A DNA stretch of 64,000 nt from Planctomycetaceae bacterium (GTDB lineage: Bacteria > Planctomycetota > Phycisphaerae > Phycisphaerales > UBA5793). The DNA is taken from assembly GCA_040255465.1 (NCBI GenBank), contig JBDZVA010000002.1, forward strand, positions 487,017 to 551,016, written 5' to 3'. Shown one piece after another: positions 7,200 to 16,520 of the stretch (its first letter is position 1; every line of letters begins with the position of its first letter). A model generated the notes under the pieces. That model searched no databases and had not been told where the DNA came from. It saw only the letters and a list, made by a program, of their open reading frames with translations. The position numbers and the translations under genes are program-made.

Positions 7200-9812
7200 T
7201 TAGATCAACTCGACAAGATCGAGATACGGCAGATCGGGGGCGTTCTCAAACAGGCCGCCGTCGCGAAGGAAGAAACGCAACCCATCTGCCGCAGCGAATT
7301 TGGCTTCCCGGACAGACCCGGCGCCCAGGCTCGTCATGGCGGCATCCGATACGCGACCCAGATCGAGGTGGTCGATGTGCGGCGCCGCGATGGTCGAACC
7401 GCTTGTGGTTCCCTTGACCGTCAGCTTCGCCAGGGTGCTTTCAGGTGCATCAAACTGGGCGAGTGAACCGGGCAGGCCGCCACCCCAATTGCGCAGACCC
7501 ATATAGATGGCTGAATCGAGCAGCGAGCCGAGCATGATCTCGTTCATAGAGGCTTCGACGGAGATCGTGGCGCCGTCACGGGCATCCCCCCGAATGTTCA
7601 ATCGCGTGGTGTCGGCGCTGCTGAAGTTGAGGGTCCCGCCGGTCAGCGAACCACGAACATCCGCCTTGCGGGCGCGGCTGATGTTGATGGTGCCGCGTAC
7701 GTCGCCGCGCACATTGAGGGTGCCGCCATCGACGTTGAGGATGGTGCCGGTCTCGACATCGCCGTCGACGCGCACCTTTACGTTGTCTTCGCCGAACAGG
7801 CTAAGTGAGCCCGAGTCAAACGACCCACGAATGCGCATGTTGAGCAGGCCGCGGATGTCGCTGTCGTCGGTCAGGCGCAGACCTCCGTGAATGTCAAGGC
7901 GCTGAAGGTGCTCCATCTCGATGTGCATGTTGGAGAAGTCGTCGTCGCCGCGCACGGTGATCTTGCGCACTGATGAGCGGCCGGTGCGGTCGTCATTGAG
8001 TTCGAGTTCGCCGTGGCCGTCGATGATGACGTTGCGAACTTCGGTCTCGCCGCGGAAGGTCCATTGACCGGAGGCATCGCCGCGCACGCGGATGCGGTTG
8101 ATGGTAGTGGGGGAGTTGTCATCCCCCGCGTCAATGTCGAAATGGCCATCGCCCTTGATGTTGATGTTCTGGACGGACTTGATGCGCAAGCCGCCGCGGA
8201 TGTTGAGTGAGTCGGCGGTGATCGAACTCACATCGCCAAGGTCGAATGAGCCATCGGTATCCACGCGTCCAAGCGTCAGACGACCGACTCTTCCGCTGAT
8301 GGAGGCGGTTCCGGTCAGGCTGCCGAGTTTGACGGTATCGGCTCCATCGATCACGAGCCCCTGACCGGTGAAATCGACGTTGCGCAGGTCGATGGAGCGG
8401 AGGTGCAGCGATTCGATGGGCAGGCCGTTCGCGCCCACAAGCTCGCCGACGGAGAGGCGGCCGTCACTATTGCCGCCGCGTCGTACGCGGGATGAGAGTT
8501 TGCCGCTGGAGAAGTCTTCGCCGTCGAGGATGATGCGGGCGATGCCGCCGTGATCGTCGGTCTCGTAACGGATGGTGCCGTTGGAGCCGTTGAGGCTCAG
8601 GGTGATTTCGTCGCCGTCGTCTTCGTAGATGTAGACCTGGTTGGCCGCGGCGCTGTTGTCGATCGTAATGGTGGCAGAGAGTGTGCGTGTCGAAGAGTTC
8701 TCGTCTTCGATGACCGCGAAGAAGTCCTGGTCGCCGGTGCCCCAGGTGTGGCTCACGCCACCGACCCAGCGAAAGCCGAAGTCGTCGTTGAAGTCCGAGC
8801 CGAGCAGGGCATCGTCTCCGTCGAGCGATCCGTTGTGATTGGAGTCGCGGTAGAACCAGGCCCGGCGAACTTCAAACTCACTTTGATTGCCGCCGCCGCG
8901 TCGTCCACCACCGTGCCCGTCGTTTTCGATCTTCAGGGTGAGAGTATCGCCGTGACGGACGATACCGGGCGTGGCTGACAGGCTTGGCGGGAGGTTGTTT
9001 CCGTTGTTGCCGCCACCACCACCTCCGCCGCTGCCCTCAGGACCTTCAAGTTTGAAAGTGAAGGTCCCGACATCAAAGCCAGAGATGTCCTGGCGCACAA
9101 GGAAGTAGTACGTGGCGCCTCCGACGACCGAAGCGTTCCATTTGCCCTCGTTGCGGGGATTGACATCGCGATCGACTTCAGTTCCCGAGGCATCGAAGAT
9201 GAAGAGGTCGGTGTCAAAGTCCTCGCCGTTCTGGCGGAGGTCGTCGCTCTCGGCTTCGACTTCGATGAGCCCGCTCGACGGGGCGACGTACTCAAAGTAC
9301 CAGGATTGGGTCGCGGTGTCGAATCGCAGCAGGCCGCTGGTGTAGTCGCCGCTGCTGTCGAGCGAGAGTGTGGTGATCTGCGGTGTGGGGAGACTGATCG
9401 ATGCGGCGTAGTCGGTGGACTGGCCGATGTTGGAGCGGACGACCAGCCGATACTCAACTCCGCCCTCGACGCTGGCCTGCATGGCGCTGCTGCCGTCAGC
9501 ATCGTTCTCGGCCGCGACGAGGTTGTTGCCGCGATACAACTCCATGGTTAGCGCCGAGTCTGGACCGGAGCCGCCATGGTCGAACTGAGCCGTGCCGGAA
9601 GCGCCGGCCGTGAAGAGAAACTCGGCGCTCTGACCCTGGGTGTTGAGCGAGCCTGCGTGAGCCGGCGCAAGACCAGCGGGATCGAAAATCAGATGCGGCG
9701 TAATGACAGTCAAGAGCCGCCGGGGCTCGAGCGGGTTGAAAACCGGTCGAGCGTCGGCGGAAGAGGTCTTGCGGGTGTAGCGGTTGGCGCGACTGTGGTT
9801 TTGCGGTGCCAT
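7200..9812 (-). CDS. Large extracellular LEPR-XLL protein with PPC-like beta-sandwich repeats and a repetitive beta-rich C-terminus
   Basis: FNPLEPRRLL near the N-terminus, DTDLFIFDASG...GATYYFLV PPC-like units, Gly/Asn linker, repeated (I/V)xVRGD strands. Confidence 0.8.
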   Translation of the reverse strand: MAPQNHSRANRYTRKTSSADARPVFNPLEPRRLLTVITPHLIFDPAGLAPAHAGSLNTQGQSAEFLFTAGASGTAQFDHGGSGPDSALTMELYRGNNLVAAENDADGSSAMQASVEGGVEYRLVVRSNIGQSTDYAASISLPTPQITTLSLDSSGDYTSGLLRFDTATQSWYFEYVAPSSGLIEVEAESDDLRQNGEDFDTDLFIFDASGTEVDRDVNPRNEGKWNASVVGGATYYFLVRQDISGFDVGTFTFKLEGPEGSGGGGGGGNNGNNLPPSLSATPGIVRHGDTLTLKIENDGHGGGRRGGGNQSEFEVRRAWFYRDSNHNGSLDGDDALLGSDFNDDFGFRWVGGVSHTWGTGDQDFFAVIEDENSSTRTLSATITIDNSAAANQVYIYEDDGDEITLSLNGSNGTIRYETDDHGGIARIILDGEDFSSGKLSSRVRRGGNSDGRLSVGELVGANGLPIESLHLRSIDLRNVDFTGQGLVIDGADTVKLGSLTGTASISGRVGRLTLGRVDTDGSFDLGDVSSITADSLNIRGGLRIKSVQNINIKGDGHFDIDAGDDNSPTTINRIRVRGDASGQWTFRGETEVRNVIIDGHGELELNDDRTGRSSVRKITVRGDDDFSNMHIEMEHLQRLDIHGGLRLTDDSDIRGLLNMRIRGSFDSGSLSLFGEDNVKVRVDGDVETGTILNVDGGTLNVRGDVRGTINISRARKADVRGSLTGGTLNFSSADTTRLNIRGDARDGATISVEASMNEIMLGSLLDSAIYMGLRNWGGGLPGSLAQFDAPESTLAKLTVKGTTSGSTIAAPHIDHLDLGRVSDAAMTSLGAGSVREAKFAAADGLRFFLRDGGLFENAPDLPYLDLVELI

Positions 9813-9868
9813 GTGTGAGTCCCCTTGAGCGATCTTGCTTCATGGGTCGGATCGCTTTCCGGGCTCAA

Positions 9869-9884
9869 TGCAACGGCTGTGCCA
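9869..9884 (-). promoter_or_regulatory. Sigma54 (-24/-12) promoter candidate
   Basis: Minus-strand TGGCACAGCCGTTGCA matches TGGCAC-N5-TTGCA, about 57 nt upstream of the LEPR-XLL start. Confidence 0.75.
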
Positions 9885-9917
9885 GCGTGTTCATGGCGTT
9901 TGATGGGGCTTCAAGAG

Positions 9918-9943
9918 AAAAACTGGCCGCCACTGGCCAATTT
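9918..9943 (-). terminator. Inverted repeat after thiG (terminator or activator-binding site)
   Basis: AAACTGGCC/GGCCAATTT arms, followed on the minus strand by a T-run. Confidence 0.45.
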
Positions 9944-10001
9944 CCGCTCCTGGATGGTCACAATTCCCGCCGGGGAAGAGGAGACGGAAATCCAGTACAT
10001 C

Positions 10002-10826
10002 TCACTCGCCCGGAATGTACGAAATCACCCCTTCCCATGGGCTGCTGGCCGTGGCGTAGAGGCGCTTGGGAATCCGGCCGGCGAGATAGGCCGCGCGGCC
10101 CGCGATACAGGCGTGGTTCATCGCCGACGCCATCGTGATCGGATCCCGGGCGTGGGCGATGCCGGTGTTGAGCAGCACGCCGTCGGCGCCGAGTTCCATG
10201 GCGATCGTCACGTCGCTGGCGGTGCCGACCCCGGCGTCGACAATAACCGGATACGACGGGTCGCCCTCCTTGAGCCGCTCGAGAATAATGCGGATCGCGG
10301 CAGGGTTGGCGATACCGCGCCCCGACCCGATCGGCGAACCGGCGGGCATGACGCTCGTCGCACCGGCCGCCTTCAGACGCACGGCCGCAATCGGATCATC
10401 CGAGGTGTAGCAGAGTACCTTGAACCCGTCTTTCACGAGCTCGCGGCATGCTTCGAGCGTGCCCGCGGGATCGGGCAGAAGTGTCTGCTTGTCGCCGAGC
10501 ACCTCGAGTTTGACCCACCCCCTGCCGGGGTTGTTCATCTGGCTGAGGATCTCGCGACCGAGCCGGGCCACGCGAACGGCATCACTCGCGTCAAAGCACC
10601 CAGCGGTGTTGGGCAGGATCGTGTATCGATCGAGGTCGATGAAATCGAGCAGCGAGCGGCCCTTGTCATCCACCAGTCGCTCGCGCCGCACCGCCACCGT
10701 GATGACCTGCGCTCCCGAAGCGTCGAGCGACGACTGCATCAGGTCATAGTTGGCGTACTTCCCGGTGCCGACGATGAGCCGTGAAGTGACTTCCAGTGAT
10801 CCGACTTTGAGAGTATCCGACATCAT
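10002..10826 (-). CDS. thiG: Thiazole synthase
   Basis: [45 protein letters not shown] and ASSP motifs. Confidence 0.98.
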   Translation of the reverse strand: MMSDTLKVGSLEVTSRLIVGTGKYANYDLMQSSLDASGAQVITVAVRRERLVDDKGRSLLDFIDLDRYTILPNTAGCFDASDAVRVARLGREILSQMNNPGRGWVKLEVLGDKQTLLPDPAGTLEACRELVKDGFKVLCYTSDDPIAAVRLKAAGATSVMPAGSPIGSGRGIANPAAIRIILERLKEGDPSYPVIVDAGVGTASDVTIAMELGADGVLLNTGIAHARDPITMASAMNHACIAGRAAYLAGRIPKRLYATASSPWEGVISYIPGE

Positions 10827-10873
10827 TCCCGATCCGTTAGAGTGCCCGGTATGTGGAGTGGTGAGGGGCGCCT

Positions 10874-11074
10874 TTAGCCGCCGCCGACGAGCGTGACCAG
10901 TTCGATTCGATCGCCCTTGCGGATGCGCGTTTCCGCATGTCGTTCGCGCGGAATCAACTCGCGATTGACCTCGACGGCCACGGCGCGATCGCCCAGGCCG
11001 AAATGCTCAACGAGGTCTGCCAGCGTCGGGCAGCCGGCGATGTCAATCTCTTCACCGTTCACGACAATCTTCAT
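10874..11074 (-). CDS. thiS: Sulfur carrier protein ThiS
   Basis: 66 aa, MKIVVNGE...VAVEVN...LVGGG C-terminus, adjacent to thiG. Confidence 0.96.
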   Translation of the reverse strand: MKIVVNGEEIDIAGCPTLADLVEHFGLGDRAVAVEVNRELIPRERHAETRIRKGDRIELVTLVGGG

Positions 11075-11580
11075 GCTGGCCAATCATAGGTCCGGTCGCA
11101 GATAATTCCGGCAACGCGGTCGTCGTGAAAGACCGGATTCCGCCACGAGGAAGAATCGGTCGGGGTGGTCGGTGAGAGTGTCGAAAACCGCGCGATCATG
11201 TAGATGTACCAGAGGGTAACGGAGATCAGGCCGAGCGTGACACCGACGCGGGCCTGCAGCCGTTGCATCTGCACTTCTTCGGGCATGCGGTCGATCGGCG
11301 TATGGCGGTACGTCCACAGGGCTAACAATCCGGTGGACAAAGCAGCGGCCCAGACCAGCACCGTCGTGATCGCCCAGAACTCCGGTTGCGTCGTCCACCA
11401 GAGCCAGGCCGCGATGAAAACCGACGCCACTCCCAGCCATACCGAAGAAAAGGACAGCGTGGTCGCCGCCAGTGAGGCCGTCACCGGTTCGCCGGGGATG
11501 CGCCACATCCACCACAGCACGCCAAAGATGATGATCAGCGAGACAATGACCTGGATGGTGAGTCGAATTTCGTCGGTCAT
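11071..11580 (-). CDS. Small four-TM membrane protein, unknown function
   Basis: MTDEIRLTIQVIVSLIIIFGVLWW with four hydrophobic segments; stop overlaps the thiS start (ATGA). Confidence 0.75.
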   Translation of the reverse strand: MTDEIRLTIQVIVSLIIIFGVLWWMWRIPGEPVTASLAATTLSFSSVWLGVASVFIAAWLWWTTQPEFWAITTVLVWAAALSTGLLALWTYRHTPIDRMPEEVQMQRLQARVGVTLGLISVTLWYIYMIARFSTLSPTTPTDSSSWRNPVFHDDRVAGIICDRTYDWPA

Positions 11581-11727
11581 GGCTGATCCGGTCGAAGGGA
11601 GACTGGCATCGTATCCTCCAATCAACGGGTTGAACGCGGCGCCGGGCTCGGGAGCGGCCCTGCATCTCGACCACCGCGGGCCGGTAGAGAAAACGGGTGG
11701 TTCCGATCCCACTGCGAGGTTCTGCAA

Positions 11728-12573
11728 ATGCGGACGGCAATGCGAGTTTGCGTGCTGATAGCCATGGCGATGGTGCTGACGGGTCTGCCCGGGTGTCGGC
11801 GCACCCGTGCGTACAACCAGTCCTCCGCGGACGCCACCGTTCGCTCGCTGGCGGACATGCTCAAAGATGGCAACGTTCAGCAGATTCCCTCGCTCATTCA
11901 CGCCGAAGACCCCAAAATGCAGGAGTTGCTCGACAAACTCGGCCCGCTTTTTGCCCGCCTGCACAATCTCTCCGAGACGCTGCAGGAGAAGTACCCGGAG
12001 GAGTTCAATGCCCTGCTCGAGCGGGCTGCCGACGCGGGGAGCACGAAGCTGGCCGACTCGGGCCGCACTTCGCAGAATCGAGACCAGTGGCGAGAACGGA
12101 TGACGCTCATGATCGCGAACCCGTTCGGCACGCTGGACGGTGAGATGGAGCGATTGAGCACGGTCTATGTTGATGACGAGACCTTCGCCCTGACGATCGA
12201 TGGAAAGCCTGCGTTCGGAGTGGGCGTGTTGATTCGCCAGGCCGAGGACGGCAAGTGGTACTTCCACATGCCCGACAACATTCCTGGCCTGAACTCGCAA
12301 CTGCCCAAGACCGACGCCGAGTGGCGCATCATGAACGCGATGCTCAAGAGCGTCACCAACGGCATCGAATGGACCGAGCGGCGCATCGCCGAAGAAAAGA
12401 ACGCCGGTCAACTCGAGGAGATCTGGGGTCAACTCGCCATTGATGTCGGACCGCAGCTCGTGCTCCAATGGGGACTCTACGAGCAGGCCACCAAGGCGCG
12501 CGAAGCACGGCTCAAGAAGGAGCGTGAGGCGCAGGCGCCAACACCGTCCGATCCGCCGCAGGATGGCGGATAA
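11728..12573 (+). CDS. Putative lipoprotein, unknown function
   Basis: Signal peptide ending GLPG-C; protein-like composition. Confidence 0.75.
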   Translation: MRTAMRVCVLIAMAMVLTGLPGCRRTRAYNQSSADATVRSLADMLKDGNVQQIPSLIHAEDPKMQELLDKLGPLFARLHNLSETLQEKYPEEFNALLERAADAGSTKLADSGRTSQNRDQWRERMTLMIANPFGTLDGEMERLSTVYVDDETFALTIDGKPAFGVGVLIRQAEDGKWYFHMPDNIPGLNSQLPKTDAEWRIMNAMLKSVTNGIEWTERRIAEEKNAGQLEEIWGQLAIDVGPQLVLQWGLYEQATKAREARLKKEREAQAPTPSDPPQDGG

Positions 12574-12602
12574 GACGGCGAATGCCTGCAGCGCGGCGCT
12601 GC

Positions 12603-15446
12603 CTACTTGCGTCGGGAGGGCCTGCCATTGCGGCCCTTGCCGGCCGAAGCGGTCTGCCTCTTCTTCTTCCTGGCGCCGGGGGCGGGTGTGCGGGCGATCT
12701 TGCCGTTCCCGGATGTCGCGGCGGTCTCTCTGACCATGGCTTGGGCGGCCGCGAGCCGGGCGATTGGCACACGGAAAGGCGAGCAACTCACGTAGTCCAG
12801 GCCGACCTTGTGGCAGAAGTGTACGGATTGCGGATCGCCACCGTGTTCGCCGCAAATGCCCAGCTTGAGATCGGCCCGGACGGCGCGCCCCTTGGCGCAC
12901 GCCATTTCAACCAGTGCGCCGACCCCCTTCATGTCGATCGTCTGGAACGGATCGAAGGGGAGGATGTCCTTGTTGAGATAGTCGGGCAGGAAGGTATTGA
13001 TGTCGTCGCGGCTGAAGCCAAAGGTCATCTGCGTCAGATCGTTGGTGCCGAAACTGAAGAAGTCGGCTTGCGTCGCGATTTCGTCCGCGGTGATCGCGGC
13101 GCGAGGCACTTCAATCATCGTGCCAACGGGGATGTGCAGCTTCTTCTTGTGCTGCTGCTCGGTGATGACCGTTTCGATGGTCTCAATCGTCAGTTTGCGA
13201 AGCAGTTCGAGTTCCTTCTGCGTGCCGGCCAGCGGGATCATGATCTCCGGTCGGGCATCGACGCCACGACGCACGCAGTCGATCGCTGCTTCCGTAATCG
13301 CCCGCACCTGCATGACGAGAATCTCGGGGTAGGTGACGGCCAGACGGCATCCACGATGTCCGAGCATCGGGTTGGCCTCGTGGAGCAGCTCCACGCGCCG
13401 CTGAATGTGATCCAGTGTGACGTGCGCCTCCCTGGCCAGTTCGCGCTGCTGTGCTTCCTCGTGAGGGAGGAACTCGTGCAGCGGCGGATCCAGCAGTCGC
13501 ACCGTGACGGGCAGGCCAGCCATTGCGGTGAAGATGCCGATGAAGTCATCGCGCTGGTAGGGGAGCAGTTTGGCAAGGGCCGCTTCGCGATCGGCCAGAT
13601 TGTCAGCGAGAATCATCTGCCGCATGGACTTGATGCGCTCGTCCTGGAAGAACATGTGCTCGGTGCGGCACAGCCCGATGCCCTGCGCGCCGAACTCTCG
13701 TGCTTTGCGGGCGTCTTCCGGCGTGTCAGCGTTCGTGCGCACACCCATCCGGCGAAGCTTGTCCGCCCAGGCGAGCAACTGCGATTGCGGGCCGCCGAGC
13801 GTCGGTTCGACGCGGCGCAGCGCCCCGATGAACACTTCGCCCGTCGAGCCGTCGATCGAAACGACATCGTCGGGTCCGAGTGTGCGACCACCAACTTCGG
13901 CCTTGCGGGACTTGGCGTCGATGTGAATCGCGCCGGCGCCGGCGACGCAGCACTTGCCCCAGCCGCGGGCCACGACAGCTGCGTGAGAGGTCATGCCGCC
14001 CGTACTGGTGAGAATTCCTGCGGCGGCGTGCATGCCTTCGACATCTTCCGGGCTCGTTTCCTTGCGGACGAGGATGACGCTCTCTCCCCTGGCTGCCCGC
14101 TCGGTGGCTTCCTCGGCGGTGAAGGCCAGTTTGCCGACCGCGGCGCCTGGTGAGGCCGGCAGACCCTTGGCGACAGACTTGTTTGAGTTTTTCGCCGCGG
14201 GATCGAAACTCGGCAGCATCAACTGGATGAGATCGCCGGCGGGGACGCGAAGAATCGCTTCTTCTTTGGTGATGAGTTTTTGCTTGACCATTTCCACAGC
14301 GACGCGCACTGCCGCAAACCCGGTGCGCTTGCCGTTGCGCGTCTGGAGCATGTACAGCGTGCCTCGCTCAACCGTGAACTCAAAATCCTGCATGTCGCGG
14401 TAGTGGGCTTCGAGTTGCTTGCGGACTTTGAGCAGTTGCTTGTGAATCTCCGGCCGCCACGACTTCAGTTCGGAAACAGGTCGCGGCGTGCGAATGCCCG
14501 CAACCACGTCTTCGCCCTGCGCGTTGACAAGAAACTCTCCGTAGAAGTCATCTTCGCCCGTCGAGGGATTGCGAGTGAAGGCGACGCCCGTACCACTGTC
14601 TTCGCCCATGTTGCCAAAGACCATGGCCTGAACATTGACCGCCGTGCCGAGCAAGCCGGTGATGCCCTCTTTTCGGCGATACGTAATCGCCGAATGCTTG
14701 TTCCATGAGCCGAACACGGCCTCGATCGCCTCGGTCAACTGCTCGATGGCGTTCTGCGGAAACGGCTTGCCGACGCCCTTCTGGTAGACTTCCTTGTACG
14801 CCTCGCACAGTTCCTTGATGCCTTCGGTGGGAACGTCGGTGTCGAGCTTGGCGTCGTACTTCTTCTTGACGGCGTCAAACGCGTGCTCGAAGAGTTCGTG
14901 ATCGACGCCTTTGACGACGTCGCCGAACATGTTGATCAGGCGACGGTACGCGTCGTAAGCGAACCGCTCATTGCCCGTGTCGGAGGCCAGTCCCTTGACG
15001 GTCTTGTCATTGAGGCCGAGGTTGAGGATTGTGTCCATCATTCCCGGCATCGAACTGGCAGCGCCGCTGCGGACCGAAACGAGCAGCGCGTTATTCGCTC
15101 CGCCAAACGTGCGGCCGGTTTCTCTTTCAATGAAAGCGATGCCTTCATGGACCTGCTTCATCAGGCCGACGGGCAGTTTGCGACCGGCCTTGTAGTAGGC
15201 GTCGCAGGTCTCGGTGGTGATCGTAATGCCGGGCGGAACGGGGAGGCCGATCGAGGTCATCTCGGCGAGATTGGCGCCCTTGCCGCCGAGCAGCGGCTTC
15301 ATGGTGGCGTTGCCGTCGGTACGAGTGCGGCCAAAAAAGTAAACCATCTTCGGGCCGGCCGACTTGCTGTGTTTGACGACTTTGGTGGTCTTTCGGGTTG
15401 AGGAACGCTTCGAGGATCGTTTCATGGGTTTTGCGCTCTTGGCCAT
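12603..15446 (-). CDS. ppdK: Pyruvate, phosphate dikinase
   Basis: LLGGKGANLAEM, SVRSGA, GGMTSHAAVVARG (phospho-His), GLCRTEHMF, FSFGTNDLTQ and GICGEHGGDP motifs. Confidence 0.98.
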   Translation of the reverse strand: MAKSAKPMKRSSKRSSTRKTTKVVKHSKSAGPKMVYFFGRTRTDGNATMKPLLGGKGANLAEMTSIGLPVPPGITITTETCDAYYKAGRKLPVGLMKQVHEGIAFIERETGRTFGGANNALLVSVRSGAASSMPGMMDTILNLGLNDKTVKGLASDTGNERFAYDAYRRLINMFGDVVKGVDHELFEHAFDAVKKKYDAKLDTDVPTEGIKELCEAYKEVYQKGVGKPFPQNAIEQLTEAIEAVFGSWNKHSAITYRRKEGITGLLGTAVNVQAMVFGNMGEDSGTGVAFTRNPSTGEDDFYGEFLVNAQGEDVVAGIRTPRPVSELKSWRPEIHKQLLKVRKQLEAHYRDMQDFEFTVERGTLYMLQTRNGKRTGFAAVRVAVEMVKQKLITKEEAILRVPAGDLIQLMLPSFDPAAKNSNKSVAKGLPASPGAAVGKLAFTAEEATERAARGESVILVRKETSPEDVEGMHAAAGILTSTGGMTSHAAVVARGWGKCCVAGAGAIHIDAKSRKAEVGGRTLGPDDVVSIDGSTGEVFIGALRRVEPTLGGPQSQLLAWADKLRRMGVRTNADTPEDARKAREFGAQGIGLCRTEHMFFQDERIKSMRQMILADNLADREAALAKLLPYQRDDFIGIFTAMAGLPVTVRLLDPPLHEFLPHEEAQQRELAREAHVTLDHIQRRVELLHEANPMLGHRGCRLAVTYPEILVMQVRAITEAAIDCVRRGVDARPEIMIPLAGTQKELELLRKLTIETIETVITEQQHKKKLHIPVGTMIEVPRAAITADEIATQADFFSFGTNDLTQMTFGFSRDDINTFLPDYLNKDILPFDPFQTIDMKGVGALVEMACAKGRAVRADLKLGICGEHGGDPQSVHFCHKVGLDYVSCSPFRVPIARLAAAQAMVRETAATSGNGKIARTPAPGARKKKRQTASAGKGRNGRPSRRK

Positions 15447-15609
15447 TGAGATGGACCTGACTCTGGTAAAGGACTCGGACGGACGGCTGCGGTGGGGGAG
15501 GGTGATCCCGCTTCAGCAACGGCGCTGAACTTCTGCGCGCAACCGAATGAACCGCTATGTTAGCGGATTCGCCGAGCGCCATCCAGAAATCTGGCGCGTG
15601 CGGGGCGCG

Positions 15610-16482
15610 TTACGAGGTCGGATTCTCGTGAATCGCATCAATGGGCGGGGCTGTTTCCCCGGGCGTTTTACCCAAACGTCGGTGGGCCAACTCGCGGCGG
15701 CAACAGAAGTCGTGGAACGACGGAAACGCGACCATTGCACCGGCTGCCAGTCGAGTGATGTGGCTGGTCCAGACTTCGGGCGTGGGCTTGCGCAGGCACT
15801 TGACGATTGCTCTGGCCACGCGCTCGGGCGGCTGCACGAACAGCTTCGGCGAGTGCTTGGGAATGCCACGACGATCCGTACCGGCCACGTCCGAAGCCGT
15901 ATCGAAGAACTCCGTTCGCGTCGTGATCGGGTGGATTACCGAGACGTTGATTCCCTCCTGTTTCAACTCCAGGCTCAACGCTCTGGCCAGGTGTGTCTGG
16001 GCCGCCTTGGTTGCGCTGTACGCGGCGAAGTAAGGCAGCGTGAAGCGCGACAGGCAACTGCTCGTGATGAGCAGGTGGCCCTGGCCCCTTCTGCGAAACG
16101 CCTCGACGGCCGCGCGAGTGACCCGTACCGTGCCGAAAAAGTTGACCTCGAAAATGCGCCGCAACGCCTCGTCGGTGAGGTCGACGATTGAACCCTCATG
16201 CCCGTAGCCGGCATTGGCGAGAACGGCATCCACACGGCCGAATCGCTCGATGGACCGAGCCAAGAGCATGCCGGCATCCGCGTCGTTTCCAACGTCGCAT
16301 TGGACTGCCAGTGCTTCGCTTCCCTGCGCGCTCAGCTCCGACGCAAGTTGCTCCAGTCGATCGACCCGACGGGCGGCAACGACGACGCGCATGCCGGATC
16401 TGGCGCACTCAACGGCCGTGGCGCGGCCAATCCCGCTGCTGGCGCCCACGATGCAGATGACTCGATCCTGAAGGGGGTTCAT
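15610..16482 (-). CDS. SDR family NAD(P)-dependent oxidoreductase
   Basis: GASSGIG, NAG and catalytic YSATK motifs. Confidence 0.93.
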   Translation of the reverse strand: MNPLQDRVICIVGASSGIGRATAVECARSGMRVVVAARRVDRLEQLASELSAQGSEALAVQCDVGNDADAGMLLARSIERFGRVDAVLANAGYGHEGSIVDLTDEALRRIFEVNFFGTVRVTRAAVEAFRRRGQGHLLITSSCLSRFTLPYFAAYSATKAAQTHLARALSLELKQEGINVSVIHPITTRTEFFDTASDVAGTDRRGIPKHSPKLFVQPPERVARAIVKCLRKPTPEVWTSHITRLAAGAMVAFPSFHDFCCRRELAHRRLGKTPGETAPPIDAIHENPTS

Positions 16483-16520
16483 GGGTGGATTGTAAACCCC
16501 TGCCTCCGGAAAGGTTCTGA

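Noticed and set aside
11581..14153. Long ORFs 11071-12900 (upstream part) and 12582-14153
   Set aside because: Antisense shadows of the lipoprotein gene and ppdK; only 11071-11580 looks coding.
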